From a virus (Duplodnaviria > Caudoviricetes): a stretch of DNA of 42,862 nt. The position numbers and the translations under genes are program-made. The notes beneath the pieces are model-generated. The model was given only the letters and a program-made list of their open reading frames with translations, ran no database searches and was not told the origin of the DNA. Location of the stretch: positions 1 through 42,862 of the IMG/VR virus record IMGVR_UViG_3300037991_002697; one strand, 5' to 3'. Positions 27,283 through 36,122 of this stretch are shown here, in pieces (the stretch's first letter is position 1; every line of letters begins with the position of its first letter).

Positions 27283-28062
27283 TTACTCCACAGTAAATTG
27301 TTTGAAAACTTCCTTAGTAGATAGGTCTGTATATTTAGAGTCATTTCCGGTGTTTGGATTCTCATCAGGAAGTTGATTGAAAAGAAGCAAACCACGGGCA
27401 GCATCCTCTGGTGTCATGTAGTAGTGCCAACCCAAAACAGAAAAGTCATCCTCTGGGTAATATGTATTCAGGTCTCGTCCATCGTATGATGCCAACTTCA
27501 ACCACTCGTAAGCAGCCTTGTCGTTCGTTAGGATCATACCACCACGACCGATTGGAAGTCTTTTCTTCAACTGAAACGATAGACACTGTAGGGTATCAGA
27601 TCCACCCATGAACATATCTTTAGTAAACATAACAGAGCCGTCATAGACTCCGGTGTTTCCTAGTTGATAGATTCCATCCCACTCCATGTCAACAAATTTG
27701 ATTCGGTGGCCGGCATGTGCAATCTGCATTGGTACTGAAACATATGTTCTGCTTGGACATTCAATAATTGAGTTCGGTTCCAAACGACCAGCCGATTCCA
27801 AGTATTTGAGCGACATGAAGAGTGCATTACTGCAACAGTCACACGACACAGCGTACTTGCAACCAGCATAATCGGCAATAGTGTCTTCAAACATCTGTAC
27901 AACATCACGGGGATCCTCCCACTTGTATCCGATCTTCCGAACCTCTCTTAGTTCGGGTCTTTGCCATTCCTTCGGCAGTTTGCCGATTGGCCAACTATCA
28001 TAGTTCGTCAAGGAACACCTTGTCTTTCTCTTGACCCATGTAGGGCCCAGTCTTGTACTCAT
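27283..28062 (-). CDS. DegT/DnrJ-family sugar aminotransferase (short form); start may be TTG at 28011
   Basis: FEDTIADYAG.KYAV, LSFQLKKRLPIGRGGMILTND, GWHYYMTPEDAARGL. Confidence 0.82.
   Translation of the reverse strand: MSTRLGPTWVKRKTRCSLTNYDSWPIGKLPKEWQRPELREVRKIGYKWEDPRDVVQMFEDTIADYAGCKYAVSCDCCSNALFMSLKYLESAGRLEPNSIIECPSRTYVSVPMQIAHAGHRIKFVDMEWDGIYQLGNTGVYDGSVMFTKDMFMGGSDTLQCLSFQLKKRLPIGRGGMILTNDKAAYEWLKLASYDGRDLNTYYPEDDFSVLGWHYYMTPEDAARGLLLFNQLPDENPNTGNDSKYTDLSTKEVFKQFTVE
27332..27338 (-). promoter_or_regulatory. late-promoter-like motif CTAAATA upstream of gmd
   Basis: Inside the 3' end of the DegT gene, ~57 nt before the gmd ATG. Confidence 0.3.
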
Positions 28063-28414
28063 AAACTAGAGTATTGTCTTCCTCAATCGTGTAGTTATGT
28101 CCACCATAAAAGGTCATGCTCATATCACCTGGCTCAAGAAGAACATCTTGAAGATGTTTGCCTTGCTCGTCGTAAAAGTGAGCAGTCACTTTACCCTGAA
28201 CTACACACCAAGATTCCTGTGTCATGGTGGTGATCTTTTGAATCGTGATGTGTTTATGGGCCCGAAACGTAGTTCCGGCATTCAACTTGAGTGCAGAGCA
28301 TTGAAGTGGCTCAGAAGCACTTGCCAAGTCGGATCTAGGCTCCACCTGTTCAAAGTCTTTTCTTCTAAAGACCTGATGACACAGTTTGCTATTCCCATCA
28401 CGAATTTCGATCAT
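27998..28414 (-). CDS. WbuC-like cupin-fold protein
   Basis: AHKH..TQESWCVVQGK..LEPGD..GGHNY..EYKTGPY. Confidence 0.8.
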   Translation of the reverse strand: MIEIRDGNSKLCHQVFRRKDFEQVEPRSDLASASEPLQCSALKLNAGTTFRAHKHITIQKITTMTQESWCVVQGKVTAHFYDEQGKHLQDVLLEPGDMSMTFYGGHNYTIEEDNTLVYEYKTGPYMGQEKDKVFLDEL

Positions 28415-29313
28415 GCCACTGTAATCTCCTGTAGTGGTTGGACTGGACTACCTGCGATGATAGATTCAATCTCGTTCCAAAGATTATACCGATCAAGGAT
28501 GAGTTGTCTAGCCTCAGAAATTGCATTTAGTTGATCTTCTGTTGGTGGTTGTTTGATAATTTCAGCAACCTTTTGCCAAGGATCCTCAATACTATCGATG
28601 AGATGGTACGAGCCTTCAGGTAGGAAGTCAGCAATATTAGGACAACCCCAATAGATTGGCATACACCAGCAAAGCAGAGAGTCGTAAATCTTCTCACTCA
28701 AACAATTGTAGTTTTGTGAGTTCTCAAGAACCAAGTTGTACTGATATGGGTAGAGACCATTGAACTTACAATGACCATCGTAGTTCAGTTCCCCTTTGAA
28801 TCTCTTGTTCAAATTAGGTGACACATTCTGAACACCATTGGATCCGTAAAGGTGAATATCAAGATGTTCACAAAGACCGTGGAGATAATGAAGTCGCATC
28901 TTGTGTCCGGGCAACCAAGACTTGCCGCTTGTGACGGTAGAGATGACTTCGCTCTTGACATCCGATCCTCTCGGATCTAGATTCTTGAGGTCATCGTAGG
29001 TCTTCTTGACTCTCCAGACGGCGACATTGTGGTGTCGCATATCAGTGAAAGTCGCCTGATAGAAGATGTTGTCCCACACCAACTCAGGTGGCTTGACCTG
29101 TGGTTCCTCACGCTGGAAGTAGATAACAGTTTGTGGATCGACATCATCCGGCATTCCACCATCCATGACGATGTGGAAATCGGCCTCGGATTTGTTGGTA
29201 GTGCCTTCGAGGTCACCCCACTTACCAGATCCCTCGGGTGTCAACCAACGATAATGGTCTAGCAACTGCTCGCTGCTTTGACCCCAATCACAATGAAACA
29301 TAATCTTTGTCAT
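28411..29313 (-). CDS. GT10 (alpha-1,3-fucosyltransferase-like) glycosyltransferase
   Basis: YQYNLVLENS..LSEKIYDSLL...PIYWG. Confidence 0.85.
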   Translation of the reverse strand: MTKIMFHCDWGQSSEQLLDHYRWLTPEGSGKWGDLEGTTNKSEADFHIVMDGGMPDDVDPQTVIYFQREEPQVKPPELVWDNIFYQATFTDMRHHNVAVWRVKKTYDDLKNLDPRGSDVKSEVISTVTSGKSWLPGHKMRLHYLHGLCEHLDIHLYGSNGVQNVSPNLNKRFKGELNYDGHCKFNGLYPYQYNLVLENSQNYNCLSEKIYDSLLCWCMPIYWGCPNIADFLPEGSYHLIDSIEDPWQKVAEIIKQPPTEDQLNAISEARQLILDRYNLWNEIESIIAGSPVQPLQEITVA

Positions 29314-29314
29314 A

Positions 29315-30067
29315 TCAAATAACTCCCATATCAGTCATTTCAAGAACATCACTCTCACTCACAGGAAGATAACCTGCCTTGGCAGTGGTTGTATTACCTT
29401 CCCAGTTGAAAGTATGTATATCGCCTGCAACCACACCTTCAATGCGATGCACAGGATACTCACGATCACAACATAAGTGACTCGCACCGTCGTGGTATGC
29501 CTCGGCAGAACCGACTAGTTCATACTCCCACGGATTTCTATCTGGTGGTAGGTACTTGAGGTAATACCTTTTATTCCAGATTGACCAAGCGGTGCTAATT
29601 CGATATTCAGCATCTTGATCAAACTCAAGAATATCATATTCATCACGCGACTCGATCACACTGACCTTTCCGTTTCTTACTCGGCCATCATCCTCTCTGA
29701 TGTTGCCAAGATTGAGTCGAACGGCATCTCGTTCGAGCATGACATCATACGAGTCCTGCATGATATCAAAACGAACGGGCGCGGTAACGAACTGATCATC
29801 TAGAACATGGATGAAGTGATCACACTCCTGCTCCAAGAAGAACTTGCGAAGATCGGTAGACCACATTTGAATACCACCGACTTGCTCCCCCATGCTAATG
29901 AAGTTGAAGTTGTCTGGTAGATCCATGTTTGGTTGCTCATACCCAACAAGATTTACGATAGAGTCTGAACCCCAGTATTTGTTGAACAAGTGACAGAACA
30001 CCTTGATGATGTGTTCTCTGCCATTTGATGTTGTAAGGTAGATTGGAAGATCACGGATACTGGACAT
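29315..30067 (-). CDS. hypothetical GT-A-like protein
   Basis: F..YW, HVLDD, SIWNK, PWEYE pattern of polysaccharide-locus proteins; GAGGAG RBS supports start 30067. Confidence 0.55.
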   Translation of the reverse strand: MSSIRDLPIYLTTSNGREHIIKVFCHLFNKYWGSDSIVNLVGYEQPNMDLPDNFNFISMGEQVGGIQMWSTDLRKFFLEQECDHFIHVLDDQFVTAPVRFDIMQDSYDVMLERDAVRLNLGNIREDDGRVRNGKVSVIESRDEYDILEFDQDAEYRISTAWSIWNKRYYLKYLPPDRNPWEYELVGSAEAYHDGASHLCCDREYPVHRIEGVVAGDIHTFNWEGNTTTAKAGYLPVSESDVLEMTDMGVI

Positions 30068-30968
30068 CTTCACTCCTCTCTCGAAGGTAATCGTCACCGT
30101 ATCTGTTGTGAAGAAGGAACGACTTTTCCATCTCCGTCATACCAAACACAGAGTCCCAAGCAGACGCAGATAGAACCGTCTCGACGTAATCAGGATCAAA
30201 AGTGCCTTTACGAATTATATCAACCATCTTCTTGAATTCATCTGGTTCGAGACTACACTCGATGTGGTGAACAAAAGAGTCCCGTGAAAGGCAGAAGTGT
30301 CTTTCAATAAACTCTGCACCTAACATCGCCGCAGCAATACTTGGAATGATACCTTGCTCATGACCGGAGTACCCGATGCGTACTCGATCCGATTCCCACA
30401 TCTTTTTCATGGTGGTGATATTACCAAGACGCAGGTTCTTATCTTTGCATGGATACTCGGCAACACAGTGATTGAGAACCACCTTGTGATTATCGAAGGT
30501 ATCAAGGACAAACTCAATCTCCTCCATTGTTCTTCCGGCAACAGAGACAACAACTGTCTTGTCTGATGGAATCATCTTCGAAAACTCAGTCAAGAGGTCT
30601 TGTTTGTTTGCATTACAAGATGCAAGTTTGTACATATCCAAATCGTAATCAAGTAAGAACTCAAGTGACGGTAGGTCTTGTGCCGTGGCAAACCACTTGA
30701 TGTTATGCTTCTTACATTCCAAGTCAAAGTAGTCGAACTCTCTTTTGTCAAACTCGAAGATGCGACGATAGTCTCCATAGGTCTTTCCGTAGGGACTACT
30801 GTAAGGGCTGTTCAACTTCTCCTGTGTGTAGAAGGTGTCAACATCTTTCTTCTGCATCTTGATGTAATCGGCGCCTGTCTCGGATGCCTTCTTGACCATC
30901 TGCATCAGAAGATTGAAGTTGCCCATGTGGTTGGTTGTAAACTCACAAATGAATTCTGGATTTACCAT
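30051..30968 (-). CDS. neuB: nonulosonic acid (sialic acid/KDN-type) synthase
   Basis: CEFTTNHMG, GADYIKMQK, YKLAS, HCVAEYP, GYSGHE, IERHF, CSLEPDE; no evident C-terminal SAF domain. Confidence 0.88.
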   Translation of the reverse strand: MVNPEFICEFTTNHMGNFNLLMQMVKKASETGADYIKMQKKDVDTFYTQEKLNSPYSSPYGKTYGDYRRIFEFDKREFDYFDLECKKHNIKWFATAQDLPSLEFLLDYDLDMYKLASCNANKQDLLTEFSKMIPSDKTVVVSVAGRTMEEIEFVLDTFDNHKVVLNHCVAEYPCKDKNLRLGNITTMKKMWESDRVRIGYSGHEQGIIPSIAAAMLGAEFIERHFCLSRDSFVHHIECSLEPDEFKKMVDIIRKGTFDPDYVETVLSASAWDSVFGMTEMEKSFLLHNRYGDDYLRERSEDVQYP

Positions 30969-31618
30969 CGACCAATCTCCTGTTCAATTGCCTTGGCACT
31001 CGCATTCGTTTCGGTGATAATCTGTCTGATCTTGTCTTCCTTGTCCTTACGAACATGTGCCATATCAGCAATTATGTGTGCAAGTTTACCGGGAATGACA
31101 AGCACCGCGTCTCGGTCAGCGAAGATGTAATCATCCGGCTTGATGAAGATGTTACCGATCACTACGGTGCAGTTGTAGTCTGTGATGTGCCATCTATCAA
31201 ACGAGTCTTGTGGTTGAACACCCTTACACCAGATCTTGAACTCATCGTCCTCGATCAGTGAAATGTCTCTCGTCCATCCTTGGATCACAGCACCTTCAAC
31301 ACCAGCACGCTTCATGAACTTAGCAGTGATGTCGCCAAAGTGGGCTCTGCTGTTGTCGTTTGCTTGTAGGACATAAACACTGCCCTCTTCAAGATCGTCA
31401 ATCATTTTTCGAATAACTGTTTCATCTGGTCGAGGAGTCTTCTCACCAACGGCAGTAAACGCTCTTCCAAAAACATGGCCCTTGAAGTTCCAAGCGGGAA
31501 CAATCGGGCCTGCTGATCTAGGAATAACAAAGTTGTCCATCTCCAAGTCAAACTTCATTACATCGTAAATCAGTCCGCTGTAGAGATCCTTATACAGTTC
31601 TTTGAGTTCGTTCTTCAT
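30962..31618 (-). CDS. RraA/HMG-aldolase family protein
   Basis: FGRAFTA, AHFGDIT, GAVIQGWTRD, PDDYIFADRDAVLVIP. Confidence 0.82.
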   Translation of the reverse strand: MKNELKELYKDLYSGLIYDVMKFDLEMDNFVIPRSAGPIVPAWNFKGHVFGRAFTAVGEKTPRPDETVIRKMIDDLEEGSVYVLQANDNSRAHFGDITAKFMKRAGVEGAVIQGWTRDISLIEDDEFKIWCKGVQPQDSFDRWHITDYNCTVVIGNIFIKPDDYIFADRDAVLVIPGKLAHIIADMAHVRKDKEDKIRQIITETNASAKAIEQEIGRW

Positions 31619-32309
31619 AGTGTCTCACTGCTTTCTCATAATCACTTGGTGTGTTGATGTCTAGTGCCTCATCTTCTTTGATTTGAATAGGAAGGACTCG
31701 GGAACCCAATCGTCTTTTCAATTTGCTGAGAGCGTTCCAAGTGATTCCATACAAACCGTGTGTTTCGATCCACATTGTATCCAAGTTTTGAGAATTGGGA
31801 AGAGCATCTAGGTCAAAATTTAGAGGTTTTCCATTAGACCAGAAATACTCTTTTACAGGCAGAGCAGTGAAAAAACTATCGTAGATCAATCCACGGGGTG
31901 CAAACTCATCTCTACTAGAAAGGTATGATGCTTGCTTCGATTGGAATGTATTGATACACGACTCGATTGTTTCTGCCGTGATGAACGGTGAGGTGGCATA
32001 TGTGTGAAGAACTAGATCACACTTTTCGATCATCGATTGTTCAAAAACAATCAAGTCATTACCACTTGTGTTGTTGTCCGCCATACTACTTGGTCTTCGA
32101 ATAACACGAAGGCCTTTTTCGATCAGTGGAGTCAGATTGTCAATGATTTCTTGACTCTCTGTATCAACATACACGTTGTCGATATTCGAAACTTGCATAC
32201 ACTTCTCGCAAGCCGAATAGACAAGACTCTGACCACCGAGTTCGAGTAAATTTTTACTCGGTACTCTTTCGCTGGTTCCCTTTGCGGGAACGATAATACT
32301 AACACTCAT
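31590..32309 (-). CDS. neuA: acylneuraminate cytidylyltransferase
   Basis: IVPAKGTSERVPSKN, VYVDTES, TSPF, ALDINTPSD. Confidence 0.88.
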   Translation of the reverse strand: MSVSIIVPAKGTSERVPSKNLLELGGQSLVYSACEKCMQVSNIDNVYVDTESQEIIDNLTPLIEKGLRVIRRPSSMADNNTSGNDLIVFEQSMIEKCDLVLHTYATSPFITAETIESCINTFQSKQASYLSSRDEFAPRGLIYDSFFTALPVKEYFWSNGKPLNFDLDALPNSQNLDTMWIETHGLYGITWNALSKLKRRLGSRVLPIQIKEDEALDINTPSDYEKAVRHYEERTQRTV

Positions 32310-33325
32310 GACAATACGCCTGATATCCTATCAAGCAACAATTGATCACAGGTAAGTCTTCCGTTTCCGTCAGGCCCTTCTTTGAGAACAACTCGGGCAA
32401 TGTCTTCTAATTCCAGATTATTATCATGGCCATATTCGTGTCCATCATTTACCTGAGCATTCATGTTAGCATCGAAGTCATTTGAAACATGCTCCCACGA
32501 TGTTTTGCCCATGTAATACTCTCTTGCTGGCATCTCGGAGTAATAACTAAACCCCATAATATGAACAGACTTGGCGAGTCTACCAGTTCCGTAAAGAAGA
32601 TCTAGAATCGCAGAGTGTCCTGCATGTGGTGTCTTACCTTTGAGATTTACCATTGCCTTTTTATAGACCACTTCAGAAACTATCCCGTAACTAAGACCGC
32701 CCCAACAACCAGTCTCAGTAAGAAACATTTGGCACTCCTCCAGATCAAGAGTATCCGTTGGATATCTAGAGCCGATGATCATGTTGATTCCTGCTTCAAT
32801 CATAACGGCCGGATGAATTATACCACCGGAAGATGTATTGATATCATAGTTGTTGTAAAGAACATCTGTCCTCGTTCCAATGTCCTCTCGAAGAGTTCCA
32901 CATGGATTGTTGTATTCGACCTCTAGAAATTTCTCCAGACTCTCATAAAGGGGTTTTTGTTTTTCGTCATCTTCGTAACCAGTGGCATCATGAAGGGCTT
33001 CACCTACTAGTTTTTCAGTTTCGGGATCGAGAGCGGTGGCAGGCCACCAACCTTTATTGACTCGGACAACAATATCAAATGAATCAATAAACTCAGACTG
33101 CTTAGTGCCTTTGAGAGATGGGGAGGGCCCAACAATTACGACCCTTTTACCCTCAAAATATTTTTCATTTGCCGTAACCCGACCGAAGCCTTCCGATGCA
33201 GGAAGACCTAATGGATCCCGTATATCTGGAGGTGGGGTTACCTCTCCACCTGGCTCCATTCTTTTTTTCTTCACCACTGGGCCATTCAAATGTTCCCCGT
33301 GGCCCCAAATTGATTTCTCACTCAT
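32306..33325 (-). CDS. GT29 sialyltransferase-like protein
   Basis: L motif VVIVGPSPSL.G....FIDSFDIVVRVN...DIGTRT; S-like PHAG...VHIMGFSYY; VS-like HDNNLE. Confidence 0.78.
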   Translation of the reverse strand: MSEKSIWGHGEHLNGPVVKKKRMEPGGEVTPPPDIRDPLGLPASEGFGRVTANEKYFEGKRVVIVGPSPSLKGTKQSEFIDSFDIVVRVNKGWWPATALDPETEKLVGEALHDATGYEDDEKQKPLYESLEKFLEVEYNNPCGTLREDIGTRTDVLYNNYDINTSSGGIIHPAVMIEAGINMIIGSRYPTDTLDLEECQMFLTETGCWGGLSYGIVSEVVYKKAMVNLKGKTPHAGHSAILDLLYGTGRLAKSVHIMGFSYYSEMPAREYYMGKTSWEHVSNDFDANMNAQVNDGHEYGHDNNLELEDIARVVLKEGPDGNGRLTCDQLLLDRISGVLS

Positions 33326-34595
33326 TATCTACAGTCTCCAAAATCTCACGAAATGAGGTAACATCTCGAATGTCCTTTTCCTCTCCTCGCTTCTCTTTCA
33401 TTTCAATAATCACATTCGGCCCGGCAAACTTGATGTTGTTCCACCAAAAGTGATTCATTGGGTTGTATAGAATGTTGTCTAGATTTGTTGTGTAGTCTTC
33501 CAACTCTTTGTTGTGTGATGACAGCAGTGGATTATCAAAATCACTGTCTACGTCTGCATTGTGTAGGAAGTCTAGGTCGCGACCCTCTCGAATACCGAAC
33601 ATAGACAAAACAGAACTGGCGGTAACACAGAAATCTTCATTACCATCTCCGATGCCTGATTGATACTCATCAAGCATTCCACGGAAGTTTTCGAAGTTCT
33701 CGACTTTACCGTAGAAGCAGAAGATAAGACTATTCTTGTTGAAGAACAATCTAGCGAGTTTCATAGTCTCTTCGAACGTGTCATTGATGTGGACGGAGTG
33801 ATTCCCAACACCAAACAACTCACGAATCTCTTCCTTCGCTTTTCGAGATGATTCGTCATCATCAAACTCAACCATGAATGCAACAGTAGGTGCATCGATA
33901 TCACGGAAACACAATTGTGCCTTTTGCATTGCACCTGCGTATGAATTTGATGGATCACCAATCCAATCCTCACCATCGTAGGTTTGGATCATGAGGTTGT
34001 GTGCAAAGTTTGTTCCAAGATGACCACCGATGCCTTTTTCGTGAATCAACATACCATGCTTTGATAGGATGTCCCGAACTTTCATCGCTGTTTCGGCGTT
34101 GGTGGTTGCGGTGGGAAACAGAGTAACAATTCGAGTCTTGTTTCTTAGACGACAGTACTCTAGTGCCATTGCATCAAGAACTTCTTCGGGCATGCCTTGC
34201 CGCCGGAAGAAGTAACTACTACAATCTCTTTGTCCTGCGGAGTCCTCTTCAATTGAAGACCAGATTGGTTTGTTGTGGAAAAGACAAGCAGCGATTCTAT
34301 GTGAACCGTTTAGAGGTTGTCTATACTCGGTAATAGGAACCGAAGATCTTTCCTTGTCGAACCCATTGTCGCGGACATCATCAAGAAGTTCGTCATATCT
34401 TTCGACAAACGCCGCCTCTGAACTCTTGGTTGGATCATCGTACTCTTTGAAACCATTCCAATGTGCTAGGTGTTGCGAATAAATCCAATGACCATAGAAA
34501 GTGTCGTACTTGGATGATCTATACCTCGCATACAAATGCTTCGCTGGAATGTCAAATCGAGTGTTGAGGAGTAACTCATCACCAGTTAGCCACAT
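33318..34595 (-). CDS. multidomain polysaccharide-locus protein (ParB/Srx-like + HxxD + nucleotidyltransferase-like)
   Basis: PLNGSHRIAA; IRELF..SVHINDT; ASSVLSMFGIREGRDLDF. Confidence 0.55.
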   Translation of the reverse strand: MWLTGDELLLNTRFDIPAKHLYARYRSSKYDTFYGHWIYSQHLAHWNGFKEYDDPTKSSEAAFVERYDELLDDVRDNGFDKERSSVPITEYRQPLNGSHRIAACLFHNKPIWSSIEEDSAGQRDCSSYFFRRQGMPEEVLDAMALEYCRLRNKTRIVTLFPTATTNAETAMKVRDILSKHGMLIHEKGIGGHLGTNFAHNLMIQTYDGEDWIGDPSNSYAGAMQKAQLCFRDIDAPTVAFMVEFDDDESSRKAKEEIRELFGVGNHSVHINDTFEETMKLARLFFNKNSLIFCFYGKVENFENFRGMLDEYQSGIGDGNEDFCVTASSVLSMFGIREGRDLDFLHNADVDSDFDNPLLSSHNKELEDYTTNLDNILYNPMNHFWWNNIKFAGPNVIIEMKEKRGEEKDIRDVTSFREILETVDNE

Positions 34596-34611
34596 AACAA
34601 AAACTCCTTTA

Positions 34612-35268
34612 TCAATATCCGATTGTGTGAATGACTGACTTCTTCTTTGTATTTAGGGGTTCTTTAGTCAGGTTCTCCCACTTGTTACTGCTGTCTCTTT
34701 CATCTGCCTGATAGAAGAAAGGTCTGAGTGGGGTAATGACGTTATACTTTTTCTGCAACTCATTCGCACATGCAATGTCAAAAGGAGTGTTGAGATTCCA
34801 GATAAAGTGTCTTGCGACTTTTTCACAGAATTCAACAGCACCCTTACTAGTCCAAAGAATAGCGTGAGTTGCAAAGACACCCTCGATCTTCGAGAAGCCG
34901 TTGTTCAGATATCTTGCTTGATAGTTCTTGTTTCCATGTGAAATGCCCAAGTAAACCGCATCTACTCCGGGTTCCACTTCAATTTCTGGCACAAAGTCTT
35001 CAGTGATCTTCGCATCATCTTCAAGAATCAAGAATGGAACACCTTGCTTCTTGAGTTTTCTCATGCAATGAATGTGTGACTCAGCACAACCACGATAATG
35101 TCTAATCGTAGGATCTGCTTCTTTATGTGGTGGAATCTTCAAGGCAGAGAAGCGAGTAGTGTTCTTGAAACCGTGTTCCTTGAACATCTCCTCCATCGCC
35201 TTATGGTTTTCGGTTGCGGAATCTAGACTGATCCACATTACCGGAATTTCACGAAGGTCAATTTTCAT
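34612..35268 (-). CDS. GT25-like glycosyltransferase
   Basis: WISLD, RFSAL, GCAESH, LILEDD, THA, PFD; AGAGGA RBS supports start 35268. Confidence 0.75.
   Translation of the reverse strand: MKIDLREIPVMWISLDSATENHKAMEEMFKEHGFKNTTRFSALKIPPHKEADPTIRHYRGCAESHIHCMRKLKKQGVPFLILEDDAKITEDFVPEIEVEPGVDAVYLGISHGNKNYQARYLNNGFSKIEGVFATHAILWTSKGAVEFCEKVARHFIWNLNTPFDIACANELQKKYNVITPLRPFFYQADERDSSNKWENLTKEPLNTKKKSVIHTIGY
34650..34656 (-). promoter_or_regulatory. late-promoter-like motif CTAAATA
   Basis: Inside the GT25 3' end, ~55 nt before ATG 34595. Confidence 0.3.
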
Positions 35269-35281
35269 AACAAATCCTCTT

Positions 35282-35689
35282 TTACTTTTTCCCGATGTGG
35301 TACTTGGGACAAAGTTCCCAATCAGGCTTTTCACGGAATGACAAAATCTTGAGTTGGTTTAGTGGTAGTTTCAACACTTCAATTTTATCTGTATCAACTA
35401 CCTCAACGAGTCCCCACTCCTCTAGGAGAGAAGTGATCGTGTTTCTTCTTGCGATATCTTTTTCGTCGATGTCGGTTGGCAATCCATCAAGAGAAAACAG
35501 TTCCTTGAAGTGTACGATGTAGTACTTGCCTCGTTTGTGGAGGATGTGACACGACTGGTAGAGTTTGTTTTCTCTTCTCGACGAAATTCCGATTCGGGTG
35601 AGTGTTTCTTTCACCTTCAAGAAATCGTCGGGTTGTGACAGTTTCACTTCCACTAGATCATCAACAGAGATCTTACTTTCTATTGGCAT
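35282..35689 (-). CDS. regA: RegA translational repressor
   Basis: DDFLKVKETLTRIGI, LYQSCHILHKRGKYYIVHFKELF, RRNTI. Confidence 0.96.
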   Translation of the reverse strand: MPIESKISVDDLVEVKLSQPDDFLKVKETLTRIGISSRRENKLYQSCHILHKRGKYYIVHFKELFSLDGLPTDIDEKDIARRNTITSLLEEWGLVEVVDTDKIEVLKLPLNQLKILSFREKPDWELCPKYHIGKK

Positions 35690-35705
35690 AACAAAATCCT
35701 TCTTA

Positions 35706-35734
35706 GACTCAGACGTTGAGTCAGTATTATGTAG
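35706..35734 (-). promoter_or_regulatory. CTACATA motif (35728-35734) followed by hairpin GACTCA-N5-TGAGTC in the regA leader
   Basis: Perfect 6-bp stem at 35706-35722 directly before the SD. Confidence 0.45.
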
Positions 35735-36122
35735 GATTCTCTATGCCTTGCATGATATCCCGTATCTCCTCCAACTGCTCTTTGGACAAAATCTTGAGTG
35801 CATCTTTCGCCTTTTCGTTGGAATAACCGAAGTACGACTTGACTAGATCAATGTCTTTGACCTTACTTGCTTTCATCCACTTTCCAAAACGCTTTCTCTT
35901 GCGAGTTGCGAATCGATAATAATCAAACTGCATCTTATTGGGCAAATCCCAATATCGATTCATGTAGTTTGCCTGCATCAGAGTATCCAAGTGTTGCGAC
36001 ATTGACTTGTTGACAATGTAACCGGGATACTTCTTTTCCAACCAAGGATCATCATCAAAGATTCCTTGCTTGGAGTAGTTAGCAGCATTTAGAATGTCAC
36101 CTAGTTTCACTTGAACTGACAC
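35727..36122 (-). CDS. 62: clamp loader small subunit (gp62)
   Basis: YPGYIVNKSMS, ANYMN, RKRKRFGKW, YFGYSNEKAK. Confidence 0.9.
   Translation of the reverse strand: MSVQVKLGDILNAANYSKQGIFDDDPWLEKKYPGYIVNKSMSQHLDTLMQANYMNRYWDLPNKMQFDYYRFATRKRKRFGKWMKASKVKDIDLVKSYFGYSNEKAKDALKILSKEQLEEIRDIMQGIENPT

Noticed and set aside
23330-35268. Glycan island as a DNA hypermodification system
   Set aside because: Nmad1-like and ParB-like domains are suggestive, but no base-hydroxymethylase or DNA glucosyltransferase is recognisable in the window; not excluded
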